IMG/VR virus record: IMGVR_UViG_3300009710_000010
Span: 1 to 64,000 of that record
Strand: one strand, 5' to 3'
Length of the DNA stretch: 64,000 nt
Source of the DNA: a virus
Taxonomy: Duplodnaviria > Caudoviricetes
Position numbers and translations under genes: made by a program. Shown here one piece after another: positions 27,813 to 38,097 of this stretch. Below the pieces are notes generated by a model, which worked only from the letters and a program-made list of their open reading frames with translations, was not told the DNA's origin and searched no databases. Each line of letters opens with the position of its first letter. The stretch's first letter is position 1.

Positions 27813-30800
27813 CTATGTCTTAACTTTAAATAAAGTGAACTTGGTTGGCGTATAAACAATCACCGCTCCTTGTGAATAACTAGCAAGTCTGATAACCAAT
27901 TCATCTCTTGAAGTAGGAGCCAACATGTAATGTTTATAACCGTGGTGTTCATTCATGTAAACCACAACACATGATTCGATGTCTACAAACTTTTCCATTG
28001 CTTTAAACACTGCTTCTTCGACCGAATCTTGGAAATTCATTCCATAATCTACAAAATCCATTTTAGCTTTATTCAATTGATTCATTAATTGCTTTCTAAT
28101 AATCTCTGAAGGATTTTCAAGTTCTTCTAAGATGATATAATCTCTGCTATATACTGAATCTTGGGATTCTTCTGCCTTTTCAAATGAAGCCGGCTCACAT
28201 GTTTTATTTTGAACTACGTATTCTTCGACAATACGATATGATCGTTCACGAATAATAGCATTAAAATATTGATCCCAATTAATAACTTGAAGAGTTAATT
28301 CCATAGATGTTGATGCCAAAGTTTTACTCATAAGTCCTCCGAATTTAATGGAACTGCACCGATATCAAAACTTAGTTTAGTTGGATTTTTGTCCATAAAT
28401 TCAATACCTTCTGGAGATAGAGCAACATAACTCACGATCGCCCATCTTTCTAATTGATGTGGTTCAGTCACAAATTTGATCATTAATAACTTACATAAGG
28501 AACCTGTTACGAAACCTTTATTTGCATATTGATTTATTTGATTTGCAACTTTTTGAGCAGCGTCAAATATGTTTCTCTCACCTACAGCCATAGCTCCGAA
28601 GTATCTTACTTGATCTATTACTTTCTTTTGAGTAGTAGTAACATAAGTTAATTCACGTTCTATAACAGTATGCTCGACTTTAATATCCATTGCTCTTTTT
28701 GCTGCGGTATTGAATAAATGGTTCAAAGGTAAATAAATATCATCAGCTTTGATCGAGTTGGATGCTGGAAAGTTTTTAAGTAGCTCTTCAGCTTTATTGA
28801 TTGCGTCTGAAATAGACGACTTTTTAGCCCTATTCAGGCTTATTTTTACGGACTTCATATTTTCTCCTATCTGCGTCACGCAGAGGTTAATTAGCATACC
28901 GTCACGATACGCTGGAAGTCATCATACACTATTTAATCTGATGAGTCAATAATATATTTTAGTTTAACCACGTCATCTGTATTTGGAAGTAAACCATAGC
29001 AACATTCCATGATTCCACATTTAGGTTCAAAAACAATAGGATAGCCCGAATGGGAACGGGCCTCTAATGGTGTAATCACGAATCCTGTACATTCTTTAAC
29101 TAATTCATCGTACATTGGGTGAGTATACTCGGTTAGGCACTTTCCAATAGTTTTTTGAACGTACATAGAAGGATTATCCCATTTAACCATTTGATTCCTC
29201 TTTTACAACTTTATTTAAAGCATCTAAGATATTAACATACAAAGAAGAATCGAGTTCTAATAAGGATGGAACACTCATCTTTTGTAACTTTTCTATTTTA
29301 GAATAAATCTTCTTAATAGTAGTGTATTTAATTAAAGCTAAATTGTATTCTTCAGTTTGATCAACTATTTTTCTATCACTATACTCAAAATCACCTACAT
29401 TATAAATACGGTCGAATGAATCAGTTCCAACAATAGCTCCATTTTTCTTCCAATATTTCTTTCCTTTAACTTCAATTTGTGCTTTAGTTACTCTTTCAAC
29501 TTTTGCTGATACCCAAAATGATAATTCAGATCTCCACCCATAAGAAATGGAAGCTTTTACCAATACAACGTCGCCTTCTTTAATATTTTCAAATTTAATA
29601 GTTTCCATGTTATTCCTCAATCTTCCAACAAGCTTCGTTTCTTAACGTCTCTTGAATTTGGTGACCCTGTTGAAATTGAATAAACAAATGGTCAATTGGT
29701 ACGTCAATTACGCATTCATCGTCTTCAGCTGTAAAAGTGCTTTCGTTCAATTTTAAAACAGTCATACCCTCGTTCATTGCGTATTTAAGACACTCGTTTC
29801 TAATGATTAAATTTTGAGCCTTATTCATATTAAAGTCCTCCTAATTTAAAAGCTAAAGCCATGAGAAACGGTAAAGCTATTGAAGCAAAACCTAACAACA
29901 TAAAGATCGGACGTAAATCTTGTTCTGGTGAACTGTAAAATTGATTACCGTTTTCGTCTTCAAATAAACAATCACCATCAACACTTTTCCATTTATATTC
30001 GTTCATATTTACCTCTTAATATAACTATACTTTGATCTAAAGTTAAGTTACAAATAAAACTATACTTTTATCATAATAGTACGAAAAGCGTCACTTTTTG
30101 AGACTATTCTTGTATCCTGAGATTAAATGATTAAATTTGTTCCACCGTTCTTCAACTTGTTTAGAATTATAAGTTATAGTCTTACGGTCTGATGTGTTCA
30201 TTGAATAGCCTTGATCGTCTGCGAATCTACCATGATCCCAAACCAGATCAGTCAATTTGTGGAAGAAATGATCTTTCTTAGTAATTACCGACTTTAAATT
30301 CTCGTTATCAGTCTTAGCTTTAAACAACATCACACATAAAACGTAATTTAGGGCTAAACTTAGTAGAGTCAAAAGTAGGATCTGCATATTATCTCCCACT
30401 AAAGTGTTTATAATTATAGTCAGCGTGAATATCGCCTTTAACCAATTGGTTAATCACCTTTTCTTCTTGATCACCGAAAACTATACCTATTGAAATTGGC
30501 CCTAACAGAAACTCAATCTCAAAAGGCTTATCAAAGAACACACCAAACCCAAATTCCCAAGTGGTCCAGGTAAATTCACCGTATACTCTAAATAAGTTCA
30601 TATTAAGACTCCTCGTAATAATACACTTGATATTTTAAATCCTCAGAACGTAATTGAATGTTAATAATAAAACAATCCATCATATAAAAGAAGTCTTGAA
30701 GTTGATTAAAACTACCAAAAACTTTATTTTGTATGTTTTTACCTAAAGTGTTCATTATGCAGCTCCTTTTTCTAAATCGTTAAAATAGTCATAAACTTTA

Positions 30801-32041
30801 TGTTTCGCCCAGAACTTTCTGGCCCTTTCAGTCTTAATGATCCCGTAAGCGCCAAACATCCAACCTTCAGCTTTACACTTCTTTTTAAGTTCTTGGACTA
30901 ACAAAGAACCATAGCCCATTCTTCGGTGGTCCTCGTATACCATTAGGTCGTCTACCAATAGTAAATTCCCATATTTGAAGATTCTCGCATCAGCCACGGC
31001 CTTACCGTTAACTAGAACCCAACACGTTTCACCATACACGAACTTTACATCTTTAGGCATATTATAGTCCCTCTTTAATAATCGCGTTAGAAGTGTAGAT
31101 ATTCTTACTCAATTTTAGATTTATTAAGTCGAGTTTATCCCAAATTTCTTGAATTAAAGTTTGTTCCACATTATTCTCCTATAGCTTTCTTTAAAGTTTG
31201 TTCAATTTCGTTTCTTAAAGTTGGATGTAAATGGTAAGTCAAAACTTCTTGAAGTAATAAATACATCTTAGGAGATTGACTCATTAAATCCGATTGCAAT
31301 TGACTTTCTAAGTCTTCAGCAGGTCCAGATAAGCTTATAAGACTTAAATCCGGACGACATACACATGAGTGGTTTTGGATAGTTTTAAAGTCAGAAGAGG
31401 GAGTGTATTGGCCGACGGTCCAACTTTCATTAGTCCAATTTTTAATGATTTCAGCTTTACTTTTCATTATTGCACCGTCTGATACTTTCTAGGAGCATAA
31501 TCGCTCACTCGATCTATGTGGTTAATAACTTCTGAGTCAGATCTAAAACTAAACTTTCTCAAAATCACGCCATTCAAAACTAAAACCCAGTAAACGCCGT
31601 AATTATCGACTTTCTTAGTAGCAAAGAAAACCATTTTATAGTTTATATCAGAACCATCCATTAAAAACCTCCAATATAATTAAAAAGAGTCATGCCAATA
31701 AAACCAACCGTATAAAGTAAAGTCACAAAACAAGCAATACTTTCCATAAATTACTCCTGTACCAAAATAGGATTCTTAGCAATAAAAGCATCTACACCAG
31801 AATGGTAGTCTTCAAAAGCATTAGCATTCGAAGTATGCCAACCTTTAGACCAAGCCTTGTACATCATAATTCTACGACCTTCAGGAACTTCATCCTTAAT
31901 AAACTTAAAGAATTCAGTATCATAATGTGGAACAGACTTTAATCCAGTATTAAAAGCCTTTACACCATATTCGTATGCTTTTGCTTTAAGATCTTTTAAT
32001 TTAGGTTTATTAGATTTCATAATGTAATCTCCTATATACAT
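27813..32041 (-). other. Cluster of small early/accessory hypothetical CDSs (27813-28331, 28328-28858, 28933-29190, 29183-29608, 29610-29828, 29830-30006, 30091-30387, 30389-30601, 30603-30755, 31171-31467, 31467-31661, 31751-32020)
   Basis: Tightly packed co-oriented ORFs with GGAG/GAGG RBSs and several sigma70-like promoters; no recognisable domains. Confidence 0.6.
30755..31060 (-). CDS. GNAT-family acetyltransferase
   Basis: LMV.EDHRRMGYGS.L (motif A) and ARKFW.K. Confidence 0.75.
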   Translation of the reverse strand: MPKDVKFVYGETCWVLVNGKAVADARIFKYGNLLLVDDLMVYEDHRRMGYGSLLVQELKKKCKAEGWMFGAYGIIKTERARKFWAKHKVYDYFNDLEKGAA

Positions 32042-32106
32042 AGTATAAGCTATTTCGACTATACTTATACACTAAAAAGTATAGCTGATTCAAAATAGCA
32101 CATATA

Positions 32107-32444
32107 GATAAAGGATCTATATCACTATGAGCCGGGGCGGAACCCTTGATGCTTATATAGGATCTAAATTAGGTGCTACCGCAGCGCGAAGCACCGGCGA
32201 GCGGGGGGTTTTAGCTGGTGCCATCTGCAATATACGGACTGCATTTTATGGGCTATACCGCTTAAATAGGATCTGGATGTACGCATTTCAAAATTATGTT
32301 GACAAATCAACCAGGTGGAAGCTATTATAGGATCTATTAGATAGCGCTGGTAGCGCGCCGGCGCCGTCTTGGCGCAGCGATAGCGTCTCATAGTGGTATA
32401 ATATAGTTTTGACCTTATGACTATACTCAGATCCTATTTAAGCG
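32107..32444. repeat. Divergent control region with five ATAGGATCT-type boxes, including a perfect 17-bp inverted repeat (32259-32275 / 32428-32444)
   Basis: gataaaggatct 32107, gcttatataggatct 32151, cgcttaaataggatctg 32259, gctattataggatct 32321, inverted cagatcctatttaagcg 32428. Confidence 0.8.
32299..32402 (+). promoter_or_regulatory. Two rightward promoters inside the inverted-repeat-bounded segment
   Basis: TTGACA(32299)-18-TATTAT and extended -10 TGGTATAAT (32394-32402). Confidence 0.55.
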
Positions 32445-32447
32445 CAA

Positions 32448-32945
32448 TTGGAGCATGCTGTGCAATGTAAACGATGTAAATCATGTATGGCGAATTTGCC
32501 GTTATCTGCATTCGGTGTTTCTCGACATGAGAAGGATGGGATGCGTCCTACATGCTTCGAGTGTCAAGCTCAGTATCCACGCCTTAAACGTAAAGCCAAA
32601 TATAAGGATCTACGTTCTCATATAGATGATTCTGTTATTAGATCAGTTCGTATGCAGAATATAGCTGTTCTTGATACGGCTTTAAAATCCACATTAGAGG
32701 TTCGAGCTCTTAACTACTTGACCAAAGTTCCATATAAAGTTTTCTTTGGACCATCTTCAGTTAATGGAATGCACTCTATTGCCTTTTTCGACTTTAATTC
32801 AGTCTTATACCGTGAATTTATATTCTCAGGTGGAGATGCGAATATCCAAGAGATTATATTAAACATATTACGTGATCATAATCTTAGGCTAGAATATACC
32901 GATGGAGATTTAACGACTTCTCTGTCGACTATATATTATGTCTAA
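32448..32945 (+). CDS. Zn-finger-containing hypothetical protein
   Basis: CKRCKSC...DG.RPTCFEC; overlaps the start of the next gene; exact start uncertain. Confidence 0.6.
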   Translation: MEHAVQCKRCKSCMANLPLSAFGVSRHEKDGMRPTCFECQAQYPRLKRKAKYKDLRSHIDDSVIRSVRMQNIAVLDTALKSTLEVRALNYLTKVPYKVFFGPSSVNGMHSIAFFDFNSVLYREFIFSGGDANIQEIILNILRDHNLRLEYTDGDLTTSLSTIYYV

Positions 32946-33396
32946 ACGCGTTACTACTCAAAAATTATTACAGCTTAGATCCAGAATGGTGAAAGAAGCC
33001 ACTCAGCGTTTTCATACAGATCCTGAGGGTATTGCTTCCATATATGTTATACGCCTCTTAGAGGGCCTACATAAGAAAGCCACCGTCAGTCAAGCTTACA
33101 TCGATATTGTCAGGTTAGAATCCGGTAGAAAAGCCTCTTACGAAGCAAAGGTAGCTCATATATTAGAATTACATGAGTCTGGCCGAATGGTGGAATTAGT
33201 TGAAACGTACGGTCAAGAGTTCGAAGCTAACTATACGATTACAGATAGCTTTATGGTTTTAAGCGGTTGTTTTAATCCTAGAAATCCTAATCAAACTAAT
33301 GGATGGCAGTTCACTAATTTAGAAGATGCTCTTAAAAAGAAGTTCTTATTAATTTACTACCGAGTTTACGACCATTATGTGAGAAATGTCCAATAA
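32938..33396 (+). CDS. Chimeric ORF: sigma-factor N-half (aa 1-65) joined to the C-half of an unrelated protein
   Basis: aa 28-65 (DPEGIASIYVIRLLEG..ATVSQAYIDIVR..SGRK) resemble sigma region 2; aa 66-152 align to ORF 162..644. Confidence 0.65.
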   Translation: MSKRVTTQKLLQLRSRMVKEATQRFHTDPEGIASIYVIRLLEGLHKKATVSQAYIDIVRLESGRKASYEAKVAHILELHESGRMVELVETYGQEFEANYTITDSFMVLSGCFNPRNPNQTNGWQFTNLEDALKKKFLLIYYRVYDHYVRNVQ

Positions 33397-33747
33397 TACA
33401 TCCAAAGAACGTATTAAAGATCTAGTATATATTTAATGCGTTCTATCTCTTTGGTGACTATTTGATGAATCCTACTTTCAGTCACCCCAGCTTCTTCTGC
33501 AATCTCAGCGTATTTATAGCCCAATAAAACCTTATCAAAGATAGCCTTATATTTAGGCTTTACAAACTTCAAAGCTAAATGTAAGTCTAACCGATCATCC
33601 ACACTTACGTTAAGGACTTCAGGCTGGTTTTCTATATACGAAGCTTGCTCATCAGACGAAGCTTGCTCATCAGACGAAGCTTGCTCATCAGACGAAGCAA
33701 CCTGGTTTATACTCTTCCGTTTGTCATAAGACTTAAAGCCTTTTCTA
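33126..33747. mobile_element. Candidate invertible segment (622 bp) bounded by in-frame TAGAAAAG inverted repeats
   Basis: TAGAAAAG at 33126-33133 and CTTTTCTA at 33740-33747, both read t-AGA-AAA-G (Arg-Lys) in their ORFs. Confidence 0.55.
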
Positions 33748-33899
33748 TGAAGCTCTTGTTGAGCTTTAATTTCGTTAAATTTTGCTTGGATTGCGTTTGC
33801 TTCATTATTGTAAAGAGTGAATTCTGCACTAGATAAATCTTCACGGTCTAACTGACGTTCTAACCACTTAAGTCTTGCTTCTGGGTTTTGACGGTCCAT
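33414..33899 (-). CDS. Chimeric ORF: coiled-coil N-half (aa 1-53) joined to a sigma-70 region-4 C-half
   Basis: ALKFVKPKYKAIF...LLGYKYAEIAEEAGVTESRIHQIVTKEIERIK is a region-4 HTH; no region 2 in this ORF. Confidence 0.75.
   Translation of the reverse strand: MDRQNPEARLKWLERQLDREDLSSAEFTLYNNEANAIQAKFNEIKAQQELHRKGFKSYDKRKSINQVASSDEQASSDEQASSDEQASYIENQPEVLNVSVDDRLDLHLALKFVKPKYKAIFDKVLLGYKYAEIAEEAGVTESRIHQIVTKEIERIKYILDL
33638..33698. repeat. Perfect 18-bp tandem repeat x3.4 (ACGAAGCTTGCTCATCAG), coding ASSDEQ
   Basis: Units start at 33638, 33656, 33674; partial unit at 33692. Confidence 0.95.
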
Positions 33900-34000
33900 G
33901 ATTTAGCTCCTTTGTTAGCTATAAATACAATATATAAATATAACTTTACTTTGTACAATTAAAAGTATAGTTGTATCGAATTGATGCATGAGAGTTAAAA

Positions 34001-34377
34001 TGGTGGACCTGGAGGGAGTCGAACCCTCGTCCGCAAGACATTACTCTCAAGACCTTTTACATGCTTAGGCTATTTTAAAGACCAGCTCCCAGTCTTAGGG
34101 GCGATCTGGCTTCAAACCATTTCACCCTCCACCATCTGATCTTTACAGGCGTCAGAATTCCTCAAGCTAGTTTAAAAGTCCAGCTTAAATGACTCTTTTT
34201 GATACTTTCTGTTTCGAGGTTGTATCCACCCAATCAAAGCTAACTGCAATTAAGCAGCGTTTTGAAATGCGAAATCGTTAGATTCTGCATTTATAAATCG
34301 AAGCAGGTTTTAACCGTCCACTTCACCGGTCGCATGATTCTAAGCCTATTTCTCCACGTCGAAACCATGGCAGGCCC
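34001..34377 (-). ncRNA. ssrA: tmRNA (one-piece), tag peptide AESNDFAFQNAA
   Basis: 5' GGGCCTG-CCATGGTTTCGAC; 3' GAGGGTTCGACTCCCTC-CAGGTCC-ACCA with G3.U alanine pair; ATAAAT|GCA resume context; tag ORF 34288-34250 ending GCT GCT TAA. Confidence 0.95.
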
Positions 34378-34382
34378 AATTA

Positions 34383-34411
34383 AATATAACTTAACTATTT
34401 AGATCTGTAAA
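34383..34411 (-). promoter_or_regulatory. tmRNA promoter TTTACA-17-TATATT
   Basis: The -10 ends 5 nt before the tmRNA 5' G. Confidence 0.6.
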
Positions 34412-35944
34412 TCGATCTCTATTAAAAGCTCTGACCACTCCATCTTCAGCCAAAACGTAGTACATCTTGTGAAGTTCTTCTATTATTTTATAACTCTTAC
34501 CTTCGATTAAATAAGAAGCAAATCCTTTTATGCATTTAAGTTCGTAGAGATAGATCATGATAAATCCTTGTATCTTACAAGACCTTTATAGAGCAATTTT
34601 ATGTATTTTATGTATTTAAGGATAGTCATATTTTTAAGCTTTAAAATGTGCTTACGGTTAATCCAAAAGTATTTAACGTCTCTTTTCATTTCCCACTCTG
34701 GATTGAAATCTAAATATTCGAACGTTTCTGTATTGAGTTCTACAGCTCCCCATCCTAGATTTCTATGATTACCATAAAGCCATTCAGTTTTCATACGACT
34801 ACCTTATTACACCTTTCGGCAACTTTACATCCATACACGCAATTGCCATTTCAGCTGTTTCGTCTTGAGTCATTTCTTTGGCATGTCTTACTAAGCATCC
34901 CCAAGCGGCTTCTGACCCTATTTGAATTACGACTTCATTTTCAGATTCATGGTTCATAACGAAACCAGGATCTTCTTTACCTTCAGGAATAGCTAATATG
35001 AAACCATCTTTTGTAGTGATGGTCTTTTGTTTGGCCTCCATATATTTCAAACAAAAGTACAAGCGTCTGTGGAAGCTATAATGAATCGCCATTTAATCCT
35101 TCTTTCGGTAAACTCTTATATTGCCATTTAAGTTGTTCTAAGCAAATTCGTTCACCTTTATTGTTAGTTAAGATAAATCCACCGTCCCTCATATCGAATC
35201 TAAGGTTGATGTATTTACAATCCCAGTTTTTAGCCCAAGACCAATCCTCGACTCCAGGCTTTAACGTATTTCCATCTTCTTCATACATGTCATCAATATC
35301 AACGGCCAAAGCTTTAATAGTCTTAATGAATTCGTCAAGCTCTGATTTATTGTGCCACATATTCGACTCTACCATTTGATTATGATACGCCAAGACTGGA
35401 GGGCAGTTTACACCTGGAACTTGGGGTTCTGGTGGAGGATCTTCTGGCTTTTTATATTCAACGTAGTTTGTAGCTTGCCAATATCCATACTCGTTTGAAA
35501 GATCTGGATTAGGTTTATTTCTAGACCTAGCGGCTTTCTGTTTAGCTCTTCTTTGGGCTCTATTCATAACAATCCAATCAACGATTCAATAAGTCCAAAT
35601 ATAAGTATTCCACCAAGTCCCACTCCAACTGAAACTATAATCAAGACTAAAATACCACCTGTGATTTCTGTAAGTCTATCTCTATTCATTTAGTATCTCC
35701 TATTAGATTTAGCTTGACCCATTTCATCAGCATGGTCTGCCGCTTTCAATAAGTTTTCAGCTAACTCTCTTGCATCGTCGGGACTCAAGTGAATTTGGAC
35801 CTTTGCACCTTGAACTTCTTCTTGTTTCATTGGATCCCAAGTAGATTCTACAACTTGAGTAACTACTACCATGTCATTAGATCCAGCGGTTTCTACGGAT
35901 TGACCACGTTCTTGTTCAAATTTATATTGCACCCAAGATTTCAT
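34391..35944 (-). other. Cluster of small hypothetical CDSs (34391-34558, 34555-34794, 34799-35092, 35076-35567, 35690-35944)
   Basis: Co-oriented, overlapping or abutting ORFs. Confidence 0.55.
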
Positions 35945-35968
35945 TTAAGTTCCTCTAGTTCTTTCTGT

Positions 35969-36415
35969 TCATTGATTTTTCCAAGTAGGTTTTCTTTTAT
36001 CGTTCTTCCATTTTTCAGCCATATAAAGCTTGTACGCTTCGTGCACGTTTGACACGTCTTTGAATGTAGTGCAATTAGGATGCGTGGTCATAGGTGCATC
36101 TTTAAACATGATTCTACGAGCTTGAAACATCTCCAAATATTGATGACATTTATGTGTCTTTCCGTACCGATGAGTATATTCGCTCAGTAAGGCTTGGAAG
36201 TGTTCAACCGTCCAATCGTAATTAGATCTATTCTCGCGTACCCAAATAGAACACGGATGATTTACATGTGTAGGTTTATAAGGTGCATTTCCACCAGTTA
36301 AATGGATAGCAGTACTCAACAGCTGACAAGTCTCAAGTACCATCTTGACTACTCGCTTATCATCTAACTCTTCTGCGCATACTGTAGGGTCTGGGTGTGT
36401 AGCAAAGATATTCAT
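35969..36415 (-). CDS. Pyrimidine dimer DNA glycosylase/endonuclease V family protein
   Basis: MNIF...P..CA..LDDKRVVKM.LET.QLLST, YKPTH.NHPC..W, EYT.RYGK.H. Confidence 0.85.
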   Translation of the reverse strand: MNIFATHPDPTVCAEELDDKRVVKMVLETCQLLSTAIHLTGGNAPYKPTHVNHPCSIWVRENRSNYDWTVEHFQALLSEYTHRYGKTHKCHQYLEMFQARRIMFKDAPMTTHPNCTTFKDVSNVHEAYKLYMAEKWKNDKRKPTWKNQ

Positions 36416-36416
36416 A

Positions 36417-37096
36417 TTAAAATCCAACCTTTTCGCAGGACACTTTACGGTAATTAGTATCTACGTAATAGTTGTCAAATCTGTATTTTACAGCTTTCAA
36501 ATTCATAACCATATAAAAGTCAAAACCTTTATCTAATACTCGAACTACCCCAGCTGACGATTCTGGAAATAAAACGTGCTGAAGGCAATCGTCAACTTCC
36601 AAAACACGGACCGAGGCGCAGCCTTGGATCATAAAAGCTAACAAATAAATGGCAGCTATAGTCAATAAACTGGTCAAAAAATTTTCTTTTGTTTTAGTCA
36701 TTTATAGACTCCCGCTAACGGGTATCGGCCTGGTTTTAATGTATTGACGACTTTCAATAGATCTTTCTTTGAAGTGTAATACCACTCGGGCTCCGTGTAC
36801 GGATCACCTTTCCAGGTGAAAGTAAAATACTCTCCAACTTCAACTATATGAATCTTTTTACAGTTATTATTTGAAGTGTTTAAACCACCTACGTATTGAT
36901 AACGGCGTCTAAATTCAACTGCTCCGTAGTTTCTAGCACTTGCGCAGATGAAAACATCTGGACGAAAACCTGCACGTTTAAATACAGGAGCCACTACGTA
37001 ATACTTACGCTCAATGGTTCTACGATGAGGCTTTCTAACTAATACTAAATCGTTTGAGAATCGATCTTGATAGACCCAACATGCAGTTTTAGGCAT
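36417..37096 (-). other. Two hypothetical CDSs (36417-36701, possible lipoprotein IQG-C; 36698-37096)
   Basis: ORF track; hydrophobic N-terminus followed by Cys in the first. Confidence 0.5.
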
Positions 37097-37099
37097 TTG

Positions 37100-37498
37100 T
37101 TACCCCTTGTTATTGATATTCATCATTGACTTTACCAAGTCGTAGGGAAATATGAAACCTTGTTTTTCAAACCAGAATTCAACTTTAATTGGTGCAATCA
37201 CCTTCAAAATACCGAATCGTTCTGATACGATTACGCCTGCTTTTTCGTGGTACGTTTCGATACACTTTCTAAAAGACTCCAACGAAAGCTTATTCTTTAG
37301 AGTATTACAATGCTTACATGCAGGGAACAGATTCACCACATCATCTGGTCCTCCGTCCGCCCACGGGATAACATGGTCGCAATGCCAACCTTTAGATTTT
37401 AGTTGAACACCACAATAAGCACAGTGTCCACCAAATTTGTGGAATACATCTTGACGTATCGACTTATCTATAGGTTCACGATCATCACGGCCGAACAT
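37100..37498 (-). CDS. HNH endonuclease
   Basis: CAYCG..W.CDH..P...GG.D...NL.PACKHCN..K. Confidence 0.85.
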   Translation of the reverse strand: MFGRDDREPIDKSIRQDVFHKFGGHCAYCGVQLKSKGWHCDHVIPWADGGPDDVVNLFPACKHCNTLKNKLSLESFRKCIETYHEKAGVIVSERFGILKVIAPIKVEFWFEKQGFIFPYDLVKSMMNINNKG

Positions 37499-37800
37499 TA
37501 TTTGGCCAATTGATAATAAACTTCAGTGCGGCCGATAGAGGTTCTTTTAAATCGAACATCATCTTCTAATAAAGTCGATATTTCAACTGGAATTCCGTGC
37601 TTTATTTTGTTTCGCTCTTTCCAGTAAACTACAGTTGGGTGATCGTCGTGTTCTAGTTTCATTAATTTCCAAAGATCTGCAAGTCTTAAAATTGATTCAG
37701 GTCTACGGGTAAAAAATGTATGTATTAAGTTAATCATTGTAACTGCCGCATCTTTTTTAGATACTTCCTCTTTAATTTGTTCCATTATAGTCTCCTTTAT

Positions 37801-38097
37801 TTAAAACGGAATGTCTTCTTCGTCATCGTTTTCAAGTACTAATTCATCTGGTAATTTACTAGATAACAAATCTACATATTGTTTTTCGTCTTCTGCACGT
37901 TCTTTAACTAAATTCTCAATAGCATCTTTATTGCCATTAAGTTGTTCTAGAACATTTAGTGCCAAACTTGGATCATTAGTTGCCAAAGCACTAAAGCTAG
38001 ATTGGATAATTTCAACCAATTTCTCAGTTGCATTGTCCAGTTTTTGGATCATTTGTTTGTGCTCAAACTGCATAGTTGCTAATGCTGACTTTTTCAT
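37801..38097 (-). CDS. Helical protein ending in an SSB-like acidic tail (DDEEDIPF)
   Basis: C-terminal D-I-P-F after an acidic run. Confidence 0.65.
   Translation of the reverse strand: MKKSALATMQFEHKQMIQKLDNATEKLVEIIQSSFSALATNDPSLALNVLEQLNGNKDAIENLVKERAEDEKQYVDLLSSKLPDELVLENDDEEDIPF

Noticed and set aside
32127-32391. ORFs 32127-32330 (+) and 32176-32391 (-)
   Set aside because: They overlap the GC-rich repeat and promoter region, have atypical composition and lack an RBS.
33638-33698. 18-bp repeats as a CRISPR array
   Set aside because: Head-to-tail copies with no spacers, in frame within a CDS; no cas genes.
33645-33836. ORF with LLIRRS repeats
   Set aside because: Antisense shadow of the 18-bp repeat.
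34001-34377. tmRNA as a prophage attachment boundary
   Set aside because: Phage-like genes on both sides, no integrase, and no duplicated 3' fragment seen in the window.
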